Positions 28,646-38,132 are shown, counted from the stretch's first letter. The stretch is DNA of 64,000 nucleotides from an uncultured Alphaproteobacteria bacterium (GCA_963839245.1 CAWIUJ010000002.1:125795-189794), one strand, 5' to 3'. Notes: generated by a model from the letters alone, not told the origin. Numbers and translations are program-made.

Positions 28646-31414
28646 ATGAAGGACGATGTCGAGCAGCTTAAGAGCGCGGGCGATCCTCCCGCCGCATCGC
28701 CTCCAGTCGCGGCCGAGCCCCCCGCGGAGGCCGCGGATCTGCTGTTCAGCCTGCTGCTTGACGTGGCCCGGCGGCATCAACCCGAAATCGAAGCGGCGCT
28801 CAAAGGCAAAGCCAATGTCTCCGACTTCACGCCTGAGCTCATGGCGCGCGCCTTGCAGGCGCAAGGCATCTGGTTCCAGCTCCTGTCGATCGCCGAGCAG
28901 AATGCCGCCATGCGGCGGCGGCGCAAGGTCGAGCGCGAGAGAGGCCGCGAGCAGGTGCGCGGCACCTTCGCCAATGTGCTGGGCGAGGCGTCCCGCAACG
29001 GCATCGGCCCCGACGAGATCCAGAAGCTGCTCGCGAACTTGCGCATCAGGCCGGTGCTCACCGCCCACCCGACCGAGTCGAAGCGCGTCACCGTGCTCGA
29101 GAAGTACCGCAGGATCTACCGCTTGCTCGCCGAGCTCGAGAACCCGCGCTGGACGGAGCGGGAGCGGGGCGAGCTGATCGATCATTTGCGCGACCAGATC
29201 GAGCTCGTGTGGATGACGGGCGAGCTGCATCTGGAAAAGCCGTCGGTGGAGCAGGAGGTGCTGAGGGGCCTCCACTTCTTCGACGAGACCTTGTTCGACA
29301 TGGCGCCCAAGATGATCAGCGGTCTCGACGGCGCGCTTAAGGAACATTATCCGGGGCGGCGCTTCGACGTGCCGCCCTTCTTCCAGTTCGGCTCCTGGAT
29401 CGGCGGCGACCGCGACGGCAATCCTTTCGTCACCACCGCCGTCACGCGGACGACCTTGCGGCAGAACGCGCTTGCCGCGTTGCGCCACTACAAGGCGAAA
29501 GTGACCGAGCTTGCGCGCTTCCTGTCGATCACCGAGCGCGCGAGCCCGGTGCCAGATAGCTTCCGCGCGGCGCTCGCGCGTGAGCTTGAGGCGAGCGGCG
29601 AAGCGGAGCTCATCCGCGCGCGCAATCCGGGCGAGGCCTACCGGCAATATATCACTTGCGTCTTGCGCAAGCTCGACGCGACGATGCTCCGCACCGAGGC
29701 CGCAAACGCGCCGCAGGGGCGGCCATCTTACGCCAGTGCCGATGAGCTGATCGACGATCTCCGCGTGCTCGAGCGCGCGCTCGATGAGGCCGATTTAGGG
29801 TCGATCGCCGCCGATCTCGTGCGCCCGGTCCGCTTCGCCGCCCAGATTTTCCGTTTCTCCACCGTGCGGCTCGATCTCCGCGAGAACACCACCCGCACCA
29901 CCGCCGCGCTGCAATCTTTGTGGCGCGCAATCGCGGGTGAAGGGAAGGGCGAGCCGCCAGACCCGCGATCCGACGCTTGGAAGGCTTGGCTGCTCGCCGA
30001 GCTCGCGCGCCCGCGCGACGGCGTGCGGTTGCTGACCGGTTTGCCGGCGGAGGCCGAGGAAACCCTGGCCGTGCTCAAGCTCGTCGCCGAGATGCGCGGT
30101 CGCCTCGACCGGGAAGCGTTCGGCAGCTTCATCCTCTCGATGACGCGCTCGGTCGCCGACGTGCTCGGCATCTATCTGCTTGCCAAGGAGAGCGGCGTAT
30201 TTCTCGATGCCACCGGCACCGAGATTTGCCCGCTGCCGATCGTGCCCTTGTTCGAGACCATCGACGATTTGCGCGCGGCGCCTTCGATCGTGCGCGAGCT
30301 GCTGAGCGTGCCGCTGATCAGGCGGAGCACCGGCTGGCAGGGCGGCGTGCAGGAAGTGATGATCGGCTATTCCGATTCGAACAAGGATGGCGGGTTCCTC
30401 GCGTCCAATTGGGAGCTCGCCAAGGCGCAAGTGAGGCTCACCAAGCTCAGCGACGAGACGGGCGTGCGCATCGCCTTCTTCCACGGGCGCGGCGGCTCGG
30501 TGAGCCGGGGCGGGGCGCCCACGGGCCGGGCGATCGCGGCGCAGCCGGCGGGCTCGATCCGCGGCCGCTTCCGCGTCACCGAGCAGGGTGAGGTGATCTC
30601 CTCCAAATACGCCAATCGCGGCACCGCGGCCTATCAGATGGAGCTGTTGGCGGCGAGCGTGTTCGAGCATGCGCTGAAATCCGAGCGCGAGGACGCGCTC
30701 AAGCCGCGGGCCGAGATCGACGACGCCATGGAGGCGCTGTCCGGCGCGTCGCGCGCGGCCTATACGCGGCTGGTCGGCAATCCCGAACTCGTCACCTATT
30801 TCCAGGCGGCGAGCCCGCTCGAGGAGATCTCGCTGCTCAATATCGGCTCGCGGCCGGCGCGGCGCTTCGGCGCCAAGAGCTTGAGCGATCTCCGCGCCAT
30901 TCCCTGGGTGTTCGCCTGGGCGCAGAACCGGCACATCATCACCGGCTGGTATGGCGTCGGCAGCGCGCTGAAAAACTTCCGCGAGGTGCGCGGCGAGGCG
31001 GGCGAGGCGATGCTTGCCCGCATGTTCGAAGATTCGCGGCTGTTCCGCCTGATCATCGACGAGGTGGAAAAGACGCTGCTCCTGGTCGATCTCGATATCG
31101 CCTGGGATTATTCGGGGCTTGTCGCCGAGGCGCAAACGCGGCAGACGATCTTCGCCATGATCGAGAGCGAGCTGAAGCTGACGACGGAGATGGTGCGGAC
31201 GCTAAGCGGCGGCGCGGAAATCGGCGCCCGCTTCCCGCGCTATCGGGACGTGCTCAAGGACCGCCTGCCGACCATCAACGCGGTCAATCGCGAGCAGGTC
31301 GAGCTGTTGCGCCGCTTCAGGGGCGCGGGCAGCGAAGCCGAGCGGGAGCGCTACAAAATGGCGCTTCTGCTCTCCATCAACACTATTGCCGCCGGTCTCG
31401 GCGCCACGGGTTAA
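28646..31414 (+). CDS. ppc: Phosphoenolpyruvate carboxylase
   Basis: VLTAHPTE, SWIGGDRDGNPFV, QEVMIGYSDSNKDGG, FHGRGGSVSRGG, LRAIPWVFAW, SINTIAAGLGATG. Confidence 0.96.
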   Translation: MKDDVEQLKSAGDPPAASPPVAAEPPAEAADLLFSLLLDVARRHQPEIEAALKGKANVSDFTPELMARALQAQGIWFQLLSIAEQNAAMRRRRKVERERGREQVRGTFANVLGEASRNGIGPDEIQKLLANLRIRPVLTAHPTESKRVTVLEKYRRIYRLLAELENPRWTERERGELIDHLRDQIELVWMTGELHLEKPSVEQEVLRGLHFFDETLFDMAPKMISGLDGALKEHYPGRRFDVPPFFQFGSWIGGDRDGNPFVTTAVTRTTLRQNALAALRHYKAKVTELARFLSITERASPVPDSFRAALARELEASGEAELIRARNPGEAYRQYITCVLRKLDATMLRTEAANAPQGRPSYASADELIDDLRVLERALDEADLGSIAADLVRPVRFAAQIFRFSTVRLDLRENTTRTTAALQSLWRAIAGEGKGEPPDPRSDAWKAWLLAELARPRDGVRLLTGLPAEAEETLAVLKLVAEMRGRLDREAFGSFILSMTRSVADVLGIYLLAKESGVFLDATGTEICPLPIVPLFETIDDLRAAPSIVRELLSVPLIRRSTGWQGGVQEVMIGYSDSNKDGGFLASNWELAKAQVRLTKLSDETGVRIAFFHGRGGSVSRGGAPTGRAIAAQPAGSIRGRFRVTEQGEVISSKYANRGTAAYQMELLAASVFEHALKSEREDALKPRAEIDDAMEALSGASRAAYTRLVGNPELVTYFQAASPLEEISLLNIGSRPARRFGAKSLSDLRAIPWVFAWAQNRHIITGWYGVGSALKNFREVRGEAGEAMLARMFEDSRLFRLIIDEVEKTLLLVDLDIAWDYSGLVAEAQTRQTIFAMIESELKLTTEMVRTLSGGAEIGARFPRYRDVLKDRLPTINAVNREQVELLRRFRGAGSEAERERYKMALLLSINTIAAGLGATG

Positions 31415-31444
31415 CTTTACAACGAGCGAAAGGAAATCGACGCT

Positions 31445-32416
31445 ATGAGCTTCACGCTGATCCAACAGGCCACCCCGCGTTTGCACCGCTCCGAGCTTGC
31501 CGTGCCGGGGTCCAACCCGTCGCTGTTCGAGAAGGCGGCCAAGGGCGCCGCCGACATCATCTTCCTCGACCTCGAGGACGCGGTAGCCCCCGACGACAAG
31601 GAGCAGGCCCGCAAGAACATCATTCAGGCCCTCAACGACATGGATTGGGGCAAGAAGACCATGATGATCCGCATCAACGGTCTCGACACCCATTACGCCT
31701 ATCGCGACGTGGTCGACGTCGTCGAGAACTGCCCGCGCCTCGACATGATCCTCATCCCCAAGACCGGCGTGCCGCAGGACGTCTATGCCATCGACATGCT
31801 GGTCACGCAGATCGAGCAATATAAGAAGCGCGAGAAGCGCATCGGCTTCGAGCTCTTGATCGAGACCGCTCTCGGCATGGCCAATGTCGAGGCCATCGCG
31901 CAATCCTCGAAGCGCGTCGAGGCGATGAGCTTCGGCGTCGCCGACTACGCCGCCTCGACCCGCGCCCGCACCATGGGCATCGGCGCGCCGCATCCCGATT
32001 ACGGCATCCTCTCCGACAAGGACGAGGCCGGCAACCGCTCCTATTATTGGAACGACCCCTGGCACTATGCGCTGTCGCGCATGATGGTTGCCTGCCGCGC
32101 CTATGGCCTCCGACCGATCGACGGGCCGTTCGGCGATTTCTCCGATCCCGACGGCTATCTCGCGGCCGCCAAGCGCGCCGCCGTGCTCGGCTTCGAGGGC
32201 AAATGGGCGATCCATCCCTCGCAAGTGGAACTGGCCAATAGAGTGTTCACGCCGTCCGAGGCCGAGGTGACCAAGGCCAAGCGCATTGTCGAGGCGATGA
32301 AGCAGGCGGCGAAGGAAGGCAAGGGCGCCGTGTCGCTCGACGGCAGGCTGATCGACATTGCGAGCATTCGCCAGGCCGAGGCCCTGTTGAACAAGGCGGC
32401 CGCCATGGGGATGTGA
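31445..32416 (+). CDS. mcl: Malyl-CoA lyase
   Basis: RLHRSELAVPGSNP, FLDLEDAVAP, LIETALGMANV, DGPFGDFSD, GKWAIHPSQ. Confidence 0.94.
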   Translation: MSFTLIQQATPRLHRSELAVPGSNPSLFEKAAKGAADIIFLDLEDAVAPDDKEQARKNIIQALNDMDWGKKTMMIRINGLDTHYAYRDVVDVVENCPRLDMILIPKTGVPQDVYAIDMLVTQIEQYKKREKRIGFELLIETALGMANVEAIAQSSKRVEAMSFGVADYAASTRARTMGIGAPHPDYGILSDKDEAGNRSYYWNDPWHYALSRMMVACRAYGLRPIDGPFGDFSDPDGYLAAAKRAAVLGFEGKWAIHPSQVELANRVFTPSEAEVTKAKRIVEAMKQAAKEGKGAVSLDGRLIDIASIRQAEALLNKAAAMGM

Positions 32417-32918
32417 TGAGCAAGACGTTCAGCGCCTCAAGCTGCCTCGCCGCGCTACTCGCTAGCGCCGTCTGGCGCCGGCGCGGCGAGCGCGGGCCAC
32501 TGCGGCGGCCTGGTCGGCACCTACCTCACCAAGAACAGCGTCGCGGGCGGTAGCCAGCGTCTGACCAGCCGGAGCTTGATGTCCTTCACCAGCAGCGGAC
32601 AGATTTTCTTCACCGATTCCGGAGAGGGCGGTGAGGCGGGCTATGCGCCCTTCACCGACGGACGCGGGGCTTGGCGTTGTCTCGGCGGCGGCAAGGCGAG
32701 GTCGACGACCTTGGATTTCACCTTGCCGGCGGCAGGCGATTCCAAGCCGCGGATCGGCCGCCTTGACATGAATTTCAGCTACGACGCGAAAACCAAGACC
32801 ATCACTGGCACCGGCGTGCTCTATTTCGTGCCGTTGACGGCGGACCCGATGCAACCAAGCGAGCTGAAAGACGGCCGCGATTTTCGAACTGACCGGCGAG
32901 CGCGTGGAAGCGCATTAG
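32416..32918 (+). pseudogene. Exported beta-rich hypothetical protein coupled to mcl, two frameshifts
   Basis: TGATG overlap with the mcl stop; MSKTFSASSCLAALLASAV then a shift near 32472 to GAGAASAGHCGGLVGTYLTKN...FTDGRGAWRC; the TTTT run at 32881 shifts the end FELTGERVEAH-stop. Confidence 0.6.
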
Positions 32919-32952
32919 GGGAGGGGGCAACGCCTCACCTCGCCACCGGGCA

Positions 32953-32967
32953 TGGCACGAAGCATGC
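32953..32967 (+). promoter_or_regulatory. Possible sigma54 -24/-12 promoter
   Basis: TGGCACG-AAGC-ATGC, one mismatch to TGGCACG-N4-TTGC, about 150 bp upstream of the phasin-like gene. Confidence 0.35.
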
Positions 32968-33118
32968 CGCGTATGACACTCGGCAATGACGGGCCGCCGC
33001 AAAATGGCCGCGAGCCCCACCAATAGTTCGATCAGCCGGCGTCTTCGTGCCTAAACCGTGGGCATCGTGCGCACGCAAGGCTCGGTTCCTGACCATGCCG
33101 GCCGCAAGGGGATCACCC

Positions 33119-33874
33119 ATGAAGAATCACCCCAAATCGTCACGCGACAAATCGCGAAGGGCACAAGACAAGAAGCAGGCAAGGGAGATCGTGGCTTCCG
33201 AGCAAGAGAGCGCCGGAAAGCCCGAGACCGTCGCCGCTAAGGAACCCGCTGCTAAGCGCGAGCCTGTCGCGCCCAAGCGCGAGGCCGTTGCGCCTAAGCG
33301 CGAGGACCTGCCCGCCAAGCCAAAGCAGGTCGTGCCCGAGGCCAAACCGGCCGCGGCCAAGCCTAAGGAGGCCGCTGTTCTCAAGTCTAAGGAAACCGCG
33401 GCCAAGCCCAAGCAGGCCGCGCCCGAGCGTAAGGGGGCTATCCCTCAGCATGAGGACGTCGCTCACAAGCGCAAGGACGTCGCTGCCAAACTGTCGGCGG
33501 CTACCCAGGTCGCCGTGCTCGAAATCCGATCCGCGCCGAGCGCGCCCGGCGCGACAAGTCCGCAACCGTCGCGCGACGAGGGCGTCCCGGCCATCGAGTG
33601 GCCGTTCGAAGCCGCGGGGCAGAGCGCGCTCGCCATGAACCGCAAGCTCATCGAGATCGCGCAGGCGAACGTCACCTCGAGCTTCGATTTTGCACGGAAT
33701 CTCGCCGGCGCCAAAAGCCCGGTGGAGATGATGCAATTGCAGATGTGCTATTGGCAGGAGCGCATCAGCGCGCTCGCGAGCCAGGCGGAAGAATTGCGGG
33801 CGCTATCGGCCGAGCTTGTCGCCAGTGCGTCCGCGCCGATCAAGGCGCATATGCGATGGACCCTCGCCGCGTAA
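33119..33874 (+). CDS. Phasin-domain protein with long Lys/Ala/Pro/Glu-rich N-terminal region
   Basis: C-terminal NRKLIEIAQANVTSSFDFARNLAGAKSPVEMMQLQ phasin motif; N-terminal KREPVAP/KREAVAP/KREDLPA and AKPK repeats. Confidence 0.8.
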   Translation: MKNHPKSSRDKSRRAQDKKQAREIVASEQESAGKPETVAAKEPAAKREPVAPKREAVAPKREDLPAKPKQVVPEAKPAAAKPKEAAVLKSKETAAKPKQAAPERKGAIPQHEDVAHKRKDVAAKLSAATQVAVLEIRSAPSAPGATSPQPSRDEGVPAIEWPFEAAGQSALAMNRKLIEIAQANVTSSFDFARNLAGAKSPVEMMQLQMCYWQERISALASQAEELRALSAELVASASAPIKAHMRWTLAA

Positions 33875-33913
33875 GCCGGGCCATGGGGCCGCAGCCACGC
33901 TTTGACGAAGATG

Positions 33914-34066
33914 CCTCATGGTTCGAGACGCGCCCTTGGGGGCACTCCTCACCATGAGGATCTACCGCAGCGCTATGAGGCGCTAAATCCTCATCCTGAG
34001 CAGGCGCGGAACGCGCCGTCTCGAAGGATCGGTGAGGAGCGGACGAAGTCCGCGTCTCGAACCATG
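33914..34066. repeat. Cluster of three Rhizobiales-type REP-like elements
   Basis: CCTCATGGTTCGAGACGCG...CTCCTCACCATGAGG, then CCTCATCCTGAGCAGGCGCGGAACGCGCCGTCTCGAAGGA and GTGAGGAGCGGACGAAGTCCGCGTCTCGAACCA; same family as 63576-63620. Confidence 0.75.
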
Positions 34067-34096
34067 TGCCCCTCAGACTCGGCGGCGGCGACTCCG

Positions 34097-34134
34097 AAAA
34101 AGACTTGGGCACAAGCTGCGACGCTTGTGCCCAA
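34097..34134 (-). terminator. Rho-independent terminator of the small peptide gene
   Basis: 12-bp perfect stem TTGGGCACAAGC / GCTTGTGCCCAA with 6-nt loop, followed on the minus strand by GTCTTTTT. Confidence 0.75.
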
Positions 34135-34172
34135 ATAGGAAAGGGGAAGAGGTTGGTCGTGACGACCATCAA

Positions 34173-34277
34173 TTATGGCTGAGTGCCGATGTGGAAGTAG
34201 GCGTTCGGGAAGTTCTGGGCCATGGCGGGCGCGGCGAAGGTGACGACCAAGGCGACGGCGAGGATGAGCTTCTTCAT
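34173..34277 (-). CDS. 34-aa secreted micropeptide precursor MKKLILAVALVVTFAAPAMA-QNFPNAYFHIGTQP
   Basis: Below the ORF-track cutoff. Strong RBS AAGGAGATACACC-ATG, host-like GC3 codons, Sec-type signal peptide ending AMA, own terminator. Confidence 0.8.
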   Translation of the reverse strand: MKKLILAVALVVTFAAPAMAQNFPNAYFHIGTQP

Positions 34278-34595
34278 GGTGTATCTCCTTTAAGGGTGCA
34301 GGCTGGTTGATCCGAGTTTCGACCGGTTGGCCATTGCGCCGATCGACATCAGTTAGGTGGTCGTGGGGTCCGCTTTTGCCCAATAGCGCGCGGCTATGAG
34401 TTCGGTGCTTTTGGCGTTCGGCGGAGGAGCTTAGATAGGAGGAAGCGAATGACTATCACCGGCGGGTCACCAAATCTTCACTCGCCATTCGTCCCGGAAG
34501 GGCGCACGCTTAATCTCATCACCGGCCAGCAGCCACAGGCGCCGGTGGCTGAGAGAGTTGCCTCGCGCTCCCGCCTGCAAATAGCGGAGGGAGCT

Positions 34596-34832
34596 ATGGG
34601 CTCTTCCAGATCAATTTCCAGTCATTGTGACTCTAAAACTCTCGCGGCAATCAACCTTGCATTCGAAGGGGCTTGGAATGTTCTCGAGACGCGCGACCTC
34701 CTTGCGCGCTTCGCGAACAATTGTGAACTGCAAGCAGAGCTCGGTCAGCGGCTGGTGGTTCTTGCTTCGGACGGCACGACCGATGCGGAGGAGTTGCGGC
34801 GTCAAGTTCTGGCGAGCTTCCCGCTGGCGTAA
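34596..34832 (+). CDS. Small hypothetical protein (paralog of 36002-36244)
   Basis: GGAGGGAG RBS; AFEGAWNVL...ELGQRLVVLASDGTTDAEELRRQVL. Confidence 0.65.
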   Translation: MGSSRSISSHCDSKTLAAINLAFEGAWNVLETRDLLARFANNCELQAELGQRLVVLASDGTTDAEELRRQVLASFPLA

Positions 34833-35083
34833 ATGAAACGCCGGCATCGAAATCAACGTCCTCAACTCTTGATAGTGACAATCATTAATTCGCGTTTGGC
34901 TTGTAATACCGTTAGTCAACGCCCATATGTCTATTACTGGCACGCCGGACCCTAGGCCCTGACGGTGAGACTACCGTGCCAACTCCGTGCGCGGCCCCTT
35001 CCCCAAATCAGTAAGCCAAGCGCCGCTCAACGGGTGCGTGGTTCGGCGGCTGCCAGCCTGCGATCTCCCAAAGAGGCGCTACC

Positions 35084-35548
35084 ATGAACGCTACCTCCAA
35101 TCCGCAAGCTGCCGCCGACCAAATGCGCAAGAATTATCGCGAGATGACGAGCCCAGACGGCTCTGTGCCCGAGGCCGTGCGGTCCATGAATGAGAAGACT
35201 GTGGCCCAGACGCGCGAAGTCTATGACCGCTCCAAGGACGCTTTCGACGCGTCGGTCTCGACCTTTGAGAGGACCTTCGACGCTGCTGGCCAAGGCGTTG
35301 CAGCGTTCAACCGGAAGATCGTCGACATCGCCCAGCGAAATGTAAACGCCGCCTTCGATTTGGCCAAGAACTTGGCGGGCGCTAAGAACCTCGCCGAGAT
35401 CATGCAGTTGCAAGGGGCCTATTGGCAGAAACTATACGGCAACCTTACCTCTCAAGGTGAGGAAGTCCGCGCGCTTTCGACCAAAGTGGCGGCTGACGCG
35501 GGCGAGCATGTGAAACGGGGCATTGATGAACTTAGCAAGGCGAAGTGA
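35084..35548 (+). CDS. Phasin (PHA granule-associated protein)
   Basis: EKTVAQTREVYDRSK, FNRKIVDIAQRNVNAAFDLAKNLAGAKNLAEIMQLQ. Confidence 0.88.
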   Translation: MNATSNPQAAADQMRKNYREMTSPDGSVPEAVRSMNEKTVAQTREVYDRSKDAFDASVSTFERTFDAAGQGVAAFNRKIVDIAQRNVNAAFDLAKNLAGAKNLAEIMQLQGAYWQKLYGNLTSQGEEVRALSTKVAADAGEHVKRGIDELSKAK

Positions 35549-35620
35549 CCGCCAAGGCCGTCTAGGCCGAGCGTAACGTGTTGCGCGGATCGCAGCGAAC
35601 GTCGAACAGAGCGAGGAAAC

Positions 35621-35911
35621 ATGAGAAGCGCCCAATCAGCCGAAGCACTCACTGCGTCAGAGCCAATCTCTACCGCGCTCGAGGATGGCTCCATCGTTGA
35701 AGGCACTCTGGGATTCCATCCCTCGAGAAAGGGTCGCTTTAAAGTTTCTTACGCCGGCAAGTCGAAAATGGAGACGCGCTCGTATATGGGCGTGGAGCAT
35801 ATGCGTTCGGGCGCCATGGTCCTCTTGCGCGAAATGGCCGATGCTCAGAGAGTGAAAGACACCCCTGCCAAGGCTAAGCGCAAAAGCAGCGCAAAGAAAA
35901 AATGCGGCTGA
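35621..35911 (+). CDS. Small basic hypothetical protein
   Basis: GAGGAAAC-ATG RBS, 96 aa, Lys-rich C-terminal tail. Confidence 0.55.
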   Translation: MRSAQSAEALTASEPISTALEDGSIVEGTLGFHPSRKGRFKVSYAGKSKMETRSYMGVEHMRSGAMVLLREMADAQRVKDTPAKAKRKSSAKKKCG

Positions 35912-36001
35912 GCCGGAACGCGACTGCTTGACGTGCAATCGCTGTGAGACGCTCGTCAGGAGCCACCAGTGCTCCCGCCTAACCAAGGAGCGCGCTAATC
36001 A

Positions 36002-36244
36002 ATGGCCTCTCAGCATCCTGTCGGTGACCATGGCGATCCAACGCTGTTCACCTTGGAACAAGCGTTTTACGACGTTTGGACCGTCCTAGCGGCACACGAA
36101 CCCAATCGGGATCTCACCGAAGACCATGAACGTAAAGTGGAGCTTGGTCGGACACTCATGGTGCTGGCTGCGAACGGGGTGAGGGATCTCGCCGAGTTGC
36201 GTAGATTGGGCCTTAAGAGCTTGTCTCTCCCCCCGTGTCATTGA
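36002..36244 (+). CDS. Small hypothetical protein (paralog of 34596-34832)
   Basis: AAGGAG upstream; AFYDVWTVL...ELGRTLMVLAANGVRDLAELRRLGL. Confidence 0.65.
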   Translation: MASQHPVGDHGDPTLFTLEQAFYDVWTVLAAHEPNRDLTEDHERKVELGRTLMVLAANGVRDLAELRRLGLKSLSLPPCH

Positions 36245-36689
36245 GCTTTCCACGCCTTTTCTCCCTCCAATCCCTCTAACCATTTTTTTCAGATCTTCCG
36301 AAAGGCTCAAATTCCATGCGCGCTATTTTGCATGCCAACTTTGCCGATGACGTCGCGAGGCCTTCCGGCCCCGCCGACAGCTCCACACCAGATCCGCAAC
36401 TCCGAGATTTCTCCGTGGATGGATTTGAAGCCGCGCTGACCAGCGCGCCGGATGCTTGGCGAGCCAGAGGATCAAGCTCTTCGCGCTCGGCCCGAACCAC
36501 CACGTACAGTGCCCGCGTCGTGCGGCATCGGTAGAAGCTCCGCGTCCGCTCGCGATGCTTCCTCTCCTGCAAAAAGACCCCGCGATAAATCAACACGCGC
36601 CGGATATCGCCCACTTCACCTCGACCGGAGCGGTAGCCTCTTGGGAAAACGAGGGCGGGCAGCTTCGAAGACATAAGGGAGCTTTTCAG

Positions 36690-36953
36690 ATGCCTCAGAA
36701 ACCGACGAAAACGCACGCGGAACTCGAAATCCTACTCATGGCCGAGCTGCGCAAATATCCCGAGTGCAGCAACGTTGATGCTGTTGCCATCACGAGGCCG
36801 GTTGGCAGACTCTGGGGTGTCGCCGTGATGCCTGATGGTCCGCTTGTTCGACCCGAGTGCCGAAAAAAGATCTGGGAAGTCACTGAGCGGCTTTGCAACA
36901 AATACGATTTGGCTCAAGAACCACTGGCGGGCACAGAAAGCACGATCGGCTAA
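36690..36953 (+). CDS. Small hypothetical protein
   Basis: AAGGGAG RBS; MPQKPTKTHAELEILLMAELRKYPEC...LCNKYDLA. Confidence 0.55.
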   Translation: MPQKPTKTHAELEILLMAELRKYPECSNVDAVAITRPVGRLWGVAVMPDGPLVRPECRKKIWEVTERLCNKYDLAQEPLAGTESTIG

Positions 36954-37085
36954 CGGGATGAGCGCCAATGAGCATGGCGTGCAAGTTGGGCTACGACGTC
37001 GCACGCGCGTTGAAATCGCCGGCTCGTAGAAACATATCGAATCCTGCGCAGTTGTTTTTTCGGCTGCGTTTCGCAAGGAGGAAGC

Positions 37086-37346
37086 GTGATGAGACTTTTC
37101 GTCGTGGCGTTCGCTGTGGCGGTCGCAGTATCGACCCAGGCCATGGCGCTTGAACCGCTTCACCAGCGGGACGCTAGGATGACCAGAAAAGCGGACGTGG
37201 ATGGAGGATGTGGGGCCGATCGTCACCGCGGGGTGGGGGGCGCGTGCGTCCTCAACCCGACAAAGGGGCCGTACAGGCCCGATCCGTACTGGACGCCGTG
37301 CGACTACTCGCTCGGCCCGCAAAATCCCGAGGGCTGCGCCGAATAG
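37086..37346 (+). CDS. Small exported Cys-containing protein, GCG_CRPN-like motif
   Basis: AAGGAGGAAG RBS, signal peptide ending AMA, GGCGADRHRGVGGACVLNP. Confidence 0.7.
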   Translation: MMRLFVVAFAVAVAVSTQAMALEPLHQRDARMTRKADVDGGCGADRHRGVGGACVLNPTKGPYRPDPYWTPCDYSLGPQNPEGCAE

Positions 37347-37692
37347 CAGCGGTAGTCAGCGGCCGACAGGCTTGTCGAGGTGTAGTTTCGCCGAAGTTCT
37401 GGCGTGAGCACGAGGGCTGGAGCCAACGGACCGCCGCTACGAGACAGATCGCGATGGTGCCGAACTGGGCGCTTATGGACCCGGGCACTCGCAAGCCGAG
37501 CGGCAGCCCCCGCCGCCCGTCCGTCCGCCTAAGGCTTGAGGCTGACGGCGCGGTGTGTTGCCCGGCGGCTGCAGGGAAACAAGCGGCGAAGGAATGCGTC
37601 TGTGCTGAGACCATCCCCCCACTCCCCAAGCCACCCCTACACTCCCAGCCCGCCCCTCCTCCGTTGAAGGGCGCTGTCGCGACGCGCGCGGG

Positions 37693-37884
37693 ATGCTGGG
37701 ATGGGGTGCGGTGCCCTGGGACTTTGCCCGCCAGCCAAGCCGCTGGGGCGGCGCCGAGACCAAGGGTCTCAAGAACTGCATGCACAAGCACGGCGACAAC
37801 CTGACCCACGCTTGCATCGCCGCGTTGGTCAAGGCGGGCGAAGTCTCGCAATCCGAAGTCGATCGCCGCAAAGCGGGCAAATAG
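37693..37884 (+). pseudogene. Damaged paralog of the Cys-rich exported protein at 38133
   Basis: C-terminal GLKNCMHKHGDNLTHACIAALVKAGEVSQSEVDRRK is intact; the N-terminus is unreadable; 23-bp identity 37829-37851 vs 38350-38372. Confidence 0.65.
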
Positions 37885-38132
37885 GGTCCGCCTGGAGGCG
37901 GAGCGGAATCAAGATCTGAGCCCCGCCTCCTAACCCTTTGCAGCACGCGCGGCATCGGTCTTTTCCGGTCCGCTCCCCCTTCACGCGGCGGTTGAATGCG
38001 ACCCGCCCGCGCTGTGGCGCATCTGCCAGCCTGCAATTTCTTTTGCGGCTTCCTATCCTCGTCCAGATGGAATCGCTTTAAGCTTTGCGCTTGCTGGTTC
38101 AAGGACTTGGCCGGGTGGAGGGGGATCCGTCG

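Noticed and set aside
33914-34066. CRISPR array
   Set aside because: The repeats are long palindromic, variably oriented REP-like units without regular unique spacers; no cas genes.
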